NCBI GenBank assembly: GCA_963717145.1
Contig: OY970325.1
Coordinates: 1,984,001 to 2,048,000 of the forward strand
Direction: 5' to 3'
Origin: an uncultured Armatimonadetes bacterium
Lineage (GTDB): Bacteria > Armatimonadota > UBA5829 > DTJY01
Length of the DNA stretch: 64,000 nucleotides
The position numbers and the translations under genes were made by a program. Shown here piece after piece: positions 17,939-30,116 of the stretch; position 1 is the first letter of the stretch, and each line of letters starts with the position of its first letter. The notes beneath the pieces are model-generated. The model had not been told where the DNA came from and ran no database searches. It saw nothing but the letters and a program-made list of their open reading frames with translations.

Positions 17939-19141
17939 CTAGCGGGCGATCCGGAACCCGACGCTGAAGCCGTTCCAGCTGATGTACGGGCCGTCGCAGA
18001 TGCGGTAAGCGCACCGGTCGAGGTCGTCGTCGTTGTCGTTGCCGGCGCTGCTCCAACCACCGCCGCGCTGAACCCGATAGCTGCCACTTGTAGGCCCTTG
18101 TGGATTGTTCCAGCCGCCGCTCGGAGTCTGTGAGTAGTAATTGCTACCGTACCAGTCCTTGCACCATTCCCATACGTTCCCGGCCATGTCCTGGCATCCG
18201 TAGGGGCTTACTCCGCTGGGATAGCTGCCCACAGGCGCGGTCTGGTACCTGTATGGTCCTCCACCGCCTGCCGGATTTGTATCATACCAGTTGTTGCACT
18301 TCTCGGGGTCCCACACGCCGCCCCAGGGATAGACGTTGGGATGAGTGCCGGTCCACCTCGCGGCCTTCTCCCACTGAGCCTCCGTAGCGAGATGTCCCCC
18401 AGCCCAGTTGCAGAACGCTTCGGCTTCGTAGTAGCTTACCGCGACAACAGGATGGTTGTCGGTCTGGGTGAAAGGCCGTCCGCCGTACCAGTCCTGACTG
18501 GCGGCCCAGCAGTCGGACGGCTCGGTGCGGCTGTTGGATACCTTCCAACTCCAACCCTCGCTCGACCAGTATGCCTGATGCGAGTACCCGCCTGCGTTCA
18601 TGAACTGCCGGTACTCACCCCTCGTCACCTCGTACTTCCCAATCCAGTAGCCGGAAAGATACACCGAGTGCTGGGGAAGCTCATTGGAACTGGACCAGTA
18701 CCAGTAGTATACTCCGTCATTCCCCACGCCGGAGTTTCCCATCAGGAAGCTCCCGGCGGGGACGTAGACCATCTGCCCGGGGTACACGCCGCCGGACGAG
18801 TCGTCCGCCCTCACCCGCGCCTTGCATGAGCTCCAGACTGCTGTCGGGTAGTCGGCCTTCGCGTCCCACACGATCGTCCGCCTGCCGCCCGGACGCACCG
18901 AGCCGGTATCGCCGGTGACGTGCGTCGGCGTGACCGAGTACGTGCTCCCGCCGTCGGTCGAGATCGCGACGGAGACGTACACCGTCGGGCTGTCCGGATC
19001 GGTGAGCGTGTAGGTGATCTCGACCTTGCGGGACGAGTCCTGCCACTGCCGCGCCTGGACGTTCGTCACCGTCGGCCCCACCGCCCACGCGGGCACGGCG
19101 ATGGCTAGGATCATGCCGACAATCGCGATGCGGTTTGCCAT
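17939..19141 (-). CDS. Secreted FGE-sulfatase/SUMF1 (CLec-fold) protein, paralogue 3
   Basis: Start MANRIAIV with GGAGG RBS; PAGSFLMG, HPVVAVSYYEAEAFC, TEAQWEKAAR, DMAGNVWEW, GFRIAR. Confidence 0.9.
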   Translation of the reverse strand: MANRIAIVGMILAIAVPAWAVGPTVTNVQARQWQDSSRKVEITYTLTDPDSPTVYVSVAISTDGGSTYSVTPTHVTGDTGSVRPGGRRTIVWDAKADYPTAVWSSCKARVRADDSSGGVYPGQMVYVPAGSFLMGNSGVGNDGVYYWYWSSSNELPQHSVYLSGYWIGKYEVTRGEYRQFMNAGGYSHQAYWSSEGWSWKVSNSRTEPSDCWAASQDWYGGRPFTQTDNHPVVAVSYYEAEAFCNWAGGHLATEAQWEKAARWTGTHPNVYPWGGVWDPEKCNNWYDTNPAGGGGPYRYQTAPVGSYPSGVSPYGCQDMAGNVWEWCKDWYGSNYYSQTPSGGWNNPQGPTSGSYRVQRGGGWSSAGNDNDDDLDRCAYRICDGPYISWNGFSVGFRIAR

Positions 19142-19175
19142 ACCGTACCTCCAATATGCACCCAGCCCAGCCAAC

Positions 19176-20312
19176 TTAGCGCGCAAGCCGGAACCCGAAG
19201 TTGTACCAACCGTTGTACGGCTCACAGCCGTAGAAGCGGTAGGCACAGCGGCAGCTGAAGTCCTCGCTGTACCAGCTACTGCCGCGCAGTCCCCGATAGA
19301 TGCCGGTGTTGTCGAACGGACTGGTGCTTCCAGGATACGATTTGTACCAGTCCTGCACCCACTCCCAGGCATTGCCCGCCATGTCCCGGCAGCCGTAAGG
19401 GCTCGCATCCGACAAGTAGCTGCCTACGGGCGCGGTCTGATGCTTCACAAACCCTCCGCCCGCCGGGCTATGGTCAAAGATGTTATTGCACTTCTCCGCA
19501 TCCCACGTGTCTCCCCATGGGTACACATTCGGGTGACTGCCGGCCCATCTGGCCGCCTTCTCCCACTCTGCCTCTGTGGCGAGACGCCCGCCCGCCCAGT
19601 TGCAGAACGCCTCCGCTTCGTAATAGCAGACGCCGACCACAGGGTGGTTGTCCGTCTGGTGGAATATGCCGGTTCCCCAATCCTGGTCGTCCACCCAGAA
19701 ATATGGCTCGGTCCGGCCATTGTTCATTCTCCAGTTCCAGCCGTCGGTTGACCAGTAAGCCTGGTGGGAGTAACCGCCTGCGTTCATGAACCGCCTATAC
19801 TCGCCGCGAGTCACCTCATATTTGCCTATCCAGTAGCCGGAGAGGTAGACGGAGTGCTGGGGCAGTTCGTTCGAGTAGTAGTATGCGGCATCGTTCCCTG
19901 TATCTGAATTCCCCATCAGGAAGCTCCCCGCCGGGATGTACACCATCGTGGACGCTTCATCCGCGGTCACCCGCGCCCTGCACGAACTCCACACTGCGGT
20001 CGGGTGCTCCGCCTTGGTGTCCCAGAGGATCGTCCGCCTGCCGCCCGGGCGCACCCAGCCAATGCCTCCCGTTACGCTCGTCGTCACGACGCTACCTGGA
20101 ACAATGCTGTAGGTGCCCCCACCGTTGGTCGAGATCGCGACTGAAATATGGACCGTCTCGCTGTCCGGATCGGTGAGCGTGTAGCTGATCTCGACCTTAC
20201 GTGACGAGTCCTGCCACTGCCGGGCTTGGACGTTCGTCACTGTCGGCCCCACCGCCAGTGCAGGCACGGCGGTCGCAAGTATGATGCCGAAAATTGCGAT
20301 TCGGTTTGCCAT
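19176..20312 (-). CDS. Secreted FGE-sulfatase/SUMF1 protein, paralogue 2
   Basis: Start MANRIAIF with GGAG RBS; same motif set; ends GFRLAR. Confidence 0.9.
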   Translation of the reverse strand: MANRIAIFGIILATAVPALAVGPTVTNVQARQWQDSSRKVEISYTLTDPDSETVHISVAISTNGGGTYSIVPGSVVTTSVTGGIGWVRPGGRRTILWDTKAEHPTAVWSSCRARVTADEASTMVYIPAGSFLMGNSDTGNDAAYYYSNELPQHSVYLSGYWIGKYEVTRGEYRRFMNAGGYSHQAYWSTDGWNWRMNNGRTEPYFWVDDQDWGTGIFHQTDNHPVVGVCYYEAEAFCNWAGGRLATEAEWEKAARWAGSHPNVYPWGDTWDAEKCNNIFDHSPAGGGFVKHQTAPVGSYLSDASPYGCRDMAGNAWEWVQDWYKSYPGSTSPFDNTGIYRGLRGSSWYSEDFSCRCAYRFYGCEPYNGWYNFGFRLAR

Positions 20313-20382
20313 AATGTATCTCCAAAGTGCACCCGAGGTCATCAGCGCTCGTTCGCCCGCTTCCCGATCTAGCAGAGCCAGA

Positions 20383-21555
20383 CTAGCGGACCAGACGGAA
20401 CCCACCTGAATAGTACCAGCTGCTGCTCGGGCTGCCGTAGCTGCGGTCGGCGCAGCGGTAGTAACCATAGTAGTAGTCGTAGTTGCCCCAGCCATCGCCG
20501 CGCAGAACTCGATGCTCACCTGTGGTCGGCCCCGGTGGGTTCACCCAGCCCCCAGAGGGTGTAAACGAGTAGTAGTTGCTCCCATACCAGTCCCCACACC
20601 ACTCCCCAACGTTACCGGCCATGTCGTGTAGGTCGTATGGGCTTGCTCCAGTCGGATAGCTTCCCACGGGAGCTGTCTGATACGCCAGATATCCACCACC
20701 CGCCGGGTTGTGGTCACGCCAGTTGTTGCACATCTCGTAGTCCCACACATCGCCCCACGGATAGACACTCGGGTGGCTTCCCGTCCACCGCGCCGCCTTC
20801 TCCCACTGAGCCTCTGTGGGCAGATGGCCTCCCGCCCAGTTGCAGAACGCTTCCGCTTCGTAATAGCAGACGCCGACCACAGGGTGGTTGTCCGTCTGGG
20901 TGAACGTGCCGGGAGGGAAACCCCAGTACTGCGCAGCAGCCCATGAACCGGGCTCCGTGCGGCTGTTCGATACTTTCCAACTCCATCCCGCGCTCGACCA
21001 GTATGAGGGATTCGAATACCCGCCGGCGTTCACGAACTGACGGTACTCGCCGCGTGTGACCTCGTACTTCCCGATCCAGTAACTGGAGAGGTAAACCGAG
21101 TGCTGGGGAAGCTCGTTCGAATTGCTGCCGGGCTCATGGCCGTTGTTCCCCATCAGGAAGCTACCGGCGGGGACGTAGACCATCTGCCCGGGGTAGACGC
21201 CGCCGGACGAGTCGTCGGCCCTGACCCGCGCCCTGCACGAACCCCACACGGCGGTAGGGTACTCGGCCTTCGCGTCCCACACAACCGTCCGCCTGCCGCC
21301 CGGGCGCACCCAGCCGATGTCGCCCGTTACGCTCGTCGGAACGATCGAGTACGTGCTCCCGCCGTCGGTCGAGATCGCGATGGAGACATACACTCTATCG
21401 CTGTCCGGATCGGTGAGCGTGTAGCTGATCTCGACCTTGCGGGACGAGTCCTGCCATTGCCGGGCCTGGACGTTCGTCACCGTCGGCCCGACCGCCCACG
21501 AGGGCACGGCGAGCGCAACGACCAGGATGGCAAGCATGATCGGTTTTCGAGCCAC
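20383..21555 (-). CDS. Secreted FGE-sulfatase/SUMF1 protein, paralogue 1
   Basis: GTG 21555 with GGAG 8 nt upstream; signal peptide; same motif set; ends GFRLVR. Confidence 0.88.
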   Translation of the reverse strand: MARKPIMLAILVVALAVPSWAVGPTVTNVQARQWQDSSRKVEISYTLTDPDSDRVYVSIAISTDGGSTYSIVPTSVTGDIGWVRPGGRRTVVWDAKAEYPTAVWGSCRARVRADDSSGGVYPGQMVYVPAGSFLMGNNGHEPGSNSNELPQHSVYLSSYWIGKYEVTRGEYRQFVNAGGYSNPSYWSSAGWSWKVSNSRTEPGSWAAAQYWGFPPGTFTQTDNHPVVGVCYYEAEAFCNWAGGHLPTEAQWEKAARWTGSHPSVYPWGDVWDYEMCNNWRDHNPAGGGYLAYQTAPVGSYPTGASPYDLHDMAGNVGEWCGDWYGSNYYSFTPSGGWVNPPGPTTGEHRVLRGDGWGNYDYYYGYYRCADRSYGSPSSSWYYSGGFRLVR

Positions 21556-21720
21556 GAGTTGCGCTCCGTTCGGCATACTGTGACGCGATCGTCGAGAGTG
21601 CCGGGGAATGCCGCATAGGTACTCTAAGAATCGGTGGTGCTGAAACACGATATCGTCGGCAGGCTGGTCGAGGTGCGAAGGAGTATGCCCGCCGCTGTTC
21701 ATCAGTGGTGCTGATACTAC

Positions 21721-21749
21721 AGTCTACTGCATGAAGCTCTTTTCGTCAA
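21721..21749 (-). promoter_or_regulatory. Putative sigma70 promoter of the FGE cluster
   Basis: TTGACG-17 bp-TAGACT on the minus strand. Confidence 0.55.
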
Positions 21750-21786
21750 CAAAATGGGGAAATACTGGTACAATTGCCGGGTACAG

Positions 21787-23058
21787 TCAATCTGTCACAG
21801 GGAAGTCCCAGTAGACGGCGCTGGGTGACTTTCGACTCGCGAGCACAACCTTGCTGAGGGATGTCGCGCGGGGCTTCGTAACGCCACCACTGCGGACGGG
21901 TGCTGCGGCCGCCACCTTCTTCGGACGGACGTCCATGTCCACGCCTCCGCAGCTCATCAGCGTCACGTAGCTGGTGAGGGTTCCGCTCCGTGTCTCCCGC
22001 TCGTCGGTCAACTCGATGACCCGAGTCCGCCCAGGCAACGTGCGGCTGACCGCTACATTCTTCACCTTGTAACCGGAGAGCAGATACGCAAGCTTGTTCC
22101 CGGATCTCGACGTGGCTTTGGTGTCCCGCATCAGGCTCGCGATGGCGGAGAGCCTGAAAAGCGACTCCAGTTCCCGATATATCGGCTTGGATTCCGCTAT
22201 GGCCTGATAGTGGGTGGTGAACGCGTTGGCGAAGCGACCTCCATAGGCAGATGGTTTCCCGAGACCTTTGACTTCTCCTCGGGTGGTAAGGAACTCCTCC
22301 TCGGTGAGCAGCTTGACCCGGCATTCCCTGAGTGTCACGAGGCCGTCACCTTCCTCGTAGGTGGTCTCGCCAGGGCAGAACCAGAACCTGTTCATGGAAC
22401 TCTGGGGCTCCGACGATTCGATGCCGGAACGGAACTCGGCCCTGGTTTCCTCCGCGCGCATCGACATAATGCTGGTGAAGCCGGGGATCTCCAGGTCAAC
22501 CGAGCCATTGGAGAGGCTCTTCATGTAGTAGTCGGCGTCGACCATCACCTTGGCGAAATGGGTGTCGAACGGCACTCCCAATACGCGCACCTGCTGAGGT
22601 TGCCGTCCGATGGCCTCCCATTTGATGGACACCGCCTGCCGGTCTTTGTCGCCACTTCCACTTGCGCCCTTCACCTGCCGCAGTTGCTGGATGGTCCTCG
22701 GGTCGGGATCGATCGAGCAGCCTGGCGATGTATAGTACCGCACATTCCCCTCGCGACGCGCATACAGCCTGTTCGCGGCTCTGAGGGCGACCACGAAATC
22801 GTCCACCTGCAGCGACGGATACGATGGATCGACCTTGCCCAGCAGTATGACGTCCTTCGACTTGGGATCGACGATGAAGCCGGACGGGCGGGTGACTCCG
22901 CAGAGTGTCAGCGCCTGCTTCAAGGTGCCGTCCTTCAGCACTTTCTCCAGCATCTTGAGGGAGACCGCCCTACCCTGCGCCGCGTGGACCGGGAAGGAGA
23001 TCATGAGCAGGGTGATCGCGACTGCGGCTGATGCCAGTGGTCTTGCCAGTCTCGTCAT
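21787..23058 (-). CDS. Secreted DUF1598-like protein
   Basis: Signal peptide; VVALRA, GCSIDP and GVPFDTHFAKVMVDADYYMK motifs recalled from DUF1598. Confidence 0.7.
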   Translation of the reverse strand: MTRLARPLASAAVAITLLMISFPVHAAQGRAVSLKMLEKVLKDGTLKQALTLCGVTRPSGFIVDPKSKDVILLGKVDPSYPSLQVDDFVVALRAANRLYARREGNVRYYTSPGCSIDPDPRTIQQLRQVKGASGSGDKDRQAVSIKWEAIGRQPQQVRVLGVPFDTHFAKVMVDADYYMKSLSNGSVDLEIPGFTSIMSMRAEETRAEFRSGIESSEPQSSMNRFWFCPGETTYEEGDGLVTLRECRVKLLTEEEFLTTRGEVKGLGKPSAYGGRFANAFTTHYQAIAESKPIYRELESLFRLSAIASLMRDTKATSRSGNKLAYLLSGYKVKNVAVSRTLPGRTRVIELTDERETRSGTLTSYVTLMSCGGVDMDVRPKKVAAAAPVRSGGVTKPRATSLSKVVLASRKSPSAVYWDFPVTD

Positions 23059-24263
23059 TGTTGCTCCTTCATCCCAGTCTCAATGATCTCACGTATCTTC
23101 GGCAGGTCATGCGCTACGAACTGCGTCCACTGCTCGCTGACCTTCATCTCCAGTTCGTCATCGTCGTACTTCTCCTGCCAGCCCGTGCCGAGCACGACCT
23201 TGTTCCAGATTCGGCAATAGAGAGGGTATATCTTCTTCACCCCAGGCCGGAATGGCGGCTTGTTGGCCTGGGCAATGTCGAACAGACGCTGACGTAGATC
23301 GGTCGGACCCGGCAGAATCTCCAGCACGAGCCTGAGACTCGGTGACTTGACATCGACCCAGAAAAGAAGGATGCGGCCCGCTACGGACCAATTGTGCTCA
23401 ACCTGGGGATCATTCCTACCGACCACCGTATCCCATTCCTCCGGCGCGAAGGAAACCCAGTTGGAGGTGCGCTTGTCCAATACCAGCCCGCCGAAGTCCT
23501 CCACCAGACGTTCGATCGTATTGAGCACCACGTCCGCGTAACTCGGGCGATGCTCGAATATCAGATCGAGCGCGCGCTGATGCTTCCGGTATATCTTTCG
23601 ACAGAGTTCGGCGATCTCGGATTCGCTCACGATATGCCTCCTAAGCATCTGGGCGTAGTGGGTCATCACGGTCTTGATGTCCAAACCGAGGGTCGATTCC
23701 CGGCGCTTGACCAGCGACTCGACGAGGTCCGCGACGGTGCAGTAGCTTACCGTTAGGAATCGCTTGTCGGACGGGCTATCCCCTTCGGGTGTAAGGAAGA
23801 TGCCGACGATGCTGTATTCCTGGTAACTCTCTCTGACCGTCTTGTAGTAGCGGTCTAGCTGTTCGTGTTGCTCCAACGCGTCCACCTTGTTCTCAATGAT
23901 GACCGCGAGCTTCTTCTCCTCGTTCAGCAGGAGAATGTCGATATTCCGCCATTCGCGCTGAACGGTTGTCTCCTCCAGACTCCACACATCGAGGTCGATG
24001 AGGTTGATCGGCAGATCGGCACCCCGCGCCTGCTGCAGGATCTTCTGCAGCAGGTTCTTCAGGAACACGTCACCCAGACCGTGCGGCTGCTGGGGGTTGA
24101 GCAGGAACGCGAGGAAGTCGGAGTGCCGCAATTCCTGCCGCACAACGCCGACCGCCTCGAAGATGTTGAACTGATCGAGCAGTCCCTCAAGCCGTTCGAG
24201 GTCCGGGTTATCGATCACGAGCCCTTCGAGAAGCTCCAGTTGTCCGTTCGATTCTTCGATCAT
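23055..24263 (-). CDS. PD-(D/E)XK nuclease family protein (PDDEXK_4-like)
   Basis: ELRHSDFLAFLLNP..HGLG, REWRNIDIL, IIENK, QLDRY. Confidence 0.85.
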   Translation of the reverse strand: MIEESNGQLELLEGLVIDNPDLERLEGLLDQFNIFEAVGVVRQELRHSDFLAFLLNPQQPHGLGDVFLKNLLQKILQQARGADLPINLIDLDVWSLEETTVQREWRNIDILLLNEEKKLAVIIENKVDALEQHEQLDRYYKTVRESYQEYSIVGIFLTPEGDSPSDKRFLTVSYCTVADLVESLVKRRESTLGLDIKTVMTHYAQMLRRHIVSESEIAELCRKIYRKHQRALDLIFEHRPSYADVVLNTIERLVEDFGGLVLDKRTSNWVSFAPEEWDTVVGRNDPQVEHNWSVAGRILLFWVDVKSPSLRLVLEILPGPTDLRQRLFDIAQANKPPFRPGVKKIYPLYCRIWNKVVLGTGWQEKYDDDELEMKVSEQWTQFVAHDLPKIREIIETGMKEQQ

Positions 24264-24317
24264 TGGTCTATCCGATCTTGGCTGTCTAGTCGCACGTAAA
24301 GAATCGTACAGCGCCCG

Positions 24318-25262
24318 CTACTCCCGAAGCCTTATCATGGTCTTCGTGCCTGTCGCCTTGTTGGCGGGTATCATCTCGAACAGGTCAGGGTAATGAGATG
24401 CCCTCGCCCCGACCTGGCTTCTGTTCAGCGGACCGCCATCCTTCTGGACGTACAACCCGCGATCTTTGATCACCATGTAGAGATACGCCTGTTCCGCCGT
24501 ATGGCCCTCGCACTCCTTCAGCACGTGAACCATCGCGTCGTGGAGAGTTAGCTGGGAACTGGCCGTGGCACGGCGCTCTTTCGCCGGAAGGACGCTCGGG
24601 ATCTGCCGCAGGTGGGCCAGTTCCGGCACCATCTCGGTCAGGTCGATGATCTCCACAAGATGCTGGGCGTCGCTGTAGTAGTCCGAGACCACCTTGTAGC
24701 GGTCGCCGTACTTGTCGTAGAATGCCCGTCTTGTCGCCTCGCCCTTGCTCAAAATACTGTCGAGTGCCCGACTGCTGTTCAGGAACTTGAGCGGATGCTT
24801 CCTGCCCAGCACGTACAGGCAGCGCCGCTTGTAACATTCATTCTCAGCCAGATTGAAGAAATCCTTGAAGAGCTGGTTCTGGCGAATAGCTTCAGGGCCG
24901 CCTTGCCATTGGATGAACTTGAACTCGGCCACGCGCCTGTCGGTTTCCAAGTCGAACTGCCGGCCTGTGTTCCCTGCGCCCAGGGAGACATACTCAACGA
25001 CTTCGCCCTGCTCCAGTATGTGCGGAAGGGAGACAAGCGCCGCCACCGCATGAATGACCACGTTGATCTGCCCCGCAACTGCTTTGAACAGGAACGCAGA
25101 ATCCAGGACGTCCCTGCATATTCCCTCATCGCAGAGTAGGGGCGTCACATCTCCCGTGCACTTGCCCGCCACGCAGGATTCCAGCTGGGATATCTTCTTC
25201 GTGAGTGCAATCCCGCCATAGAAATCCGTCAGCGACTTGGCGGCATCTTCCAGATTCTGCAT
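24318..25262 (-). CDS. Hypothetical protein; putative PD-(D/E)XK-like domain plus C-terminal winged HTH
   Basis: FDLETDRRVAEFKF (D...ExK); C-terminal LTLHDAMVHVLKE...SQVGARASHYPDLFE; TGATG overlap with the upstream gene. Confidence 0.6.
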   Translation of the reverse strand: MQNLEDAAKSLTDFYGGIALTKKISQLESCVAGKCTGDVTPLLCDEGICRDVLDSAFLFKAVAGQINVVIHAVAALVSLPHILEQGEVVEYVSLGAGNTGRQFDLETDRRVAEFKFIQWQGGPEAIRQNQLFKDFFNLAENECYKRRCLYVLGRKHPLKFLNSSRALDSILSKGEATRRAFYDKYGDRYKVVSDYYSDAQHLVEIIDLTEMVPELAHLRQIPSVLPAKERRATASSQLTLHDAMVHVLKECEGHTAEQAYLYMVIKDRGLYVQKDGGPLNRSQVGARASHYPDLFEMIPANKATGTKTMIRLRE

Positions 25263-26392
25263 CAGTCTTCTCCTGCTCGGCGCTCGGCTTGGCGATCTCT
25301 CAGCCAGCCATCGTACCAGGATCGTTCGTCCGCATGGCGCTTCATCGCGTGCTTGCGTTTCTGAGTGAAATGGCGATCGCGCAAATCGTAGAACTCTTGC
25401 AGATTGGCGGGGGAATCATCCCTCACCCGGTACCCGTTGAGGAACTCATTGCATGCCCGGCAGCAGGTCACGAGGTTGGTGATGTCACCAATCCAGTCTG
25501 AATGCTCGCGAGACCAAGACACGCTCACCGGAACGACGTGGTCAACGGAGGCGCTCAGCCAGGACTCGTAGGATGCGCCTATTTCTAGGCCGCAGTATGC
25601 GCACTCTGTTCCGCACTGCCGGAACACGGGTATTCCATAGCCATGCCGGCATGTGCTGTCCCCAAGCTTCGGCGGACCGAGGAGATCACGTCCGTTACCC
25701 TCGTAGCGGCCGAACGGCATATCCGAGTTGCGGGGGCTCTCTCCCCATCCTTTGAGTAGATCCTCCCACGTGTGAACGATAAGGTGTTCCATCGCCCTAA
25801 CAACCGGTGCAGCAACCGCGCTCGGATCAGCCAGGACTTCTCCCGCGCTGCGCCTCAGGCGATACCGATGACATGTCCACCCCGCCCGATAGAAGCGGCT
25901 CTCCTTGAAGGTATGAGGTTCGTCTGGAAGCTTCTCGCCCGGAACATCTATCGGCGGAAGCTCATCGATCCTGTCCGAGAGCGCCTTGTTAGCCGCCGGC
26001 TCCTTGAAGTGGAAGTGGAGTGCCGCATCCAGTTCGTCCGGAATCGTTCCTCGGCCATGCTTCAGGACCCATTCGTAGTGTATGGCCGGTTCGCCGGGAT
26101 GACCCTCCTGTTGGGTAATGGCGTCCGGTCTGAAGTGAAGAACAGGCGGACCGGCGGCGGTGCCATCCGCATTCTTGTACGGGGAGTATGCGATGAGAAT
26201 GCCGGGAACTTCGAACTCCCCCCGTTCTGAGCGAATGTGCTTCACGAATGGGTACGCCTCCTCAGGCTGGATAACCTCGCCAAAGCCAAACTCCCGGGCG
26301 ATCCGTCGCCACAGCGCATAGTACTCCTCGTACGGCATGAATGGACCTCTCCTTTCAACAGCTGTGTCGGTTTCTTCCGCCCGCCTACCCAA
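25262..26392 (-). CDS. Protein with a C-terminal HNH endonuclease domain
   Basis: CAYCG...SVDHVVP...NLVTCCRACN. Confidence 0.75.
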   Translation of the reverse strand: MGRRAEETDTAVERRGPFMPYEEYYALWRRIAREFGFGEVIQPEEAYPFVKHIRSERGEFEVPGILIAYSPYKNADGTAAGPPVLHFRPDAITQQEGHPGEPAIHYEWVLKHGRGTIPDELDAALHFHFKEPAANKALSDRIDELPPIDVPGEKLPDEPHTFKESRFYRAGWTCHRYRLRRSAGEVLADPSAVAAPVVRAMEHLIVHTWEDLLKGWGESPRNSDMPFGRYEGNGRDLLGPPKLGDSTCRHGYGIPVFRQCGTECAYCGLEIGASYESWLSASVDHVVPVSVSWSREHSDWIGDITNLVTCCRACNEFLNGYRVRDDSPANLQEFYDLRDRHFTQKRKHAMKRHADERSWYDGWLRDRQAERRAGED

Positions 26393-26924
26393 GCCTCAAG
26401 TTCGCGAATGGCAGTCTGTCATAACGCTTGATGAACTCCTGGAGGAGAGCCTGTTCGACCTCCAATGGATCCTCTCTGTCGAGAGGCTTCCAAGCTATCA
26501 GGAGATCGTCGCAGTCCGCCAGTTGCCAGACGAGTCTTCCTCCCCAGTGCCCATGTCTCCGTCCGCTGGCACACTTCATGTACTCCGATACGCGCTTGCG
26601 CAGTGGATCGTGAGTCTTGCCAATATACAGGACTGGAGCACCGTCAACCCACTCGCGTTCCAGTTCTGAGACATCGGCTGTCGGGTTCCTACCCTTGTGA
26701 GTGCCGCCTGCGCTCTCGTCCAGGAATCCAGGGTGTTCATCCGATTCTCGGAACACAAGATATACTCCAGGCCTGGCGGCAACGCACTCGCATCCGGTAG
26801 CCTTGAGTGAGGCTACACTTCTGAAACCAGTGAATCCATGCTGTTCCAAGTCAGGCTTTGAGAAATCCACCTTGCACTCCTTTCCTGCAGGATCGCGCCG
26901 AATGGCCGGCTTATCCAGCCTCAT
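26385..26924 (-). CDS. GIY-YIG-like nuclease
   Basis: PGVYLV...VLYIGKT...LRKRV...E..LL..F...LPFAN. Confidence 0.7.
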   Translation of the reverse strand: MRLDKPAIRRDPAGKECKVDFSKPDLEQHGFTGFRSVASLKATGCECVAARPGVYLVFRESDEHPGFLDESAGGTHKGRNPTADVSELEREWVDGAPVLYIGKTHDPLRKRVSEYMKCASGRRHGHWGGRLVWQLADCDDLLIAWKPLDREDPLEVEQALLQEFIKRYDRLPFANLRLG

Positions 26925-26975
26925 TCGTGTTTGTAGATGAACATATCGGCCTCCGGGCAGAGGGGGTCATGCGGA

Positions 26976-30112
<3,137 letters not shown>

Positions 30113-30116
<4 letters not shown>

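Noticed and set aside
17939-21555. Complete DGR cassette
   Set aside because: No reverse transcriptase, avd or AAC-rich template repeat seen in the window; only target-like genes.
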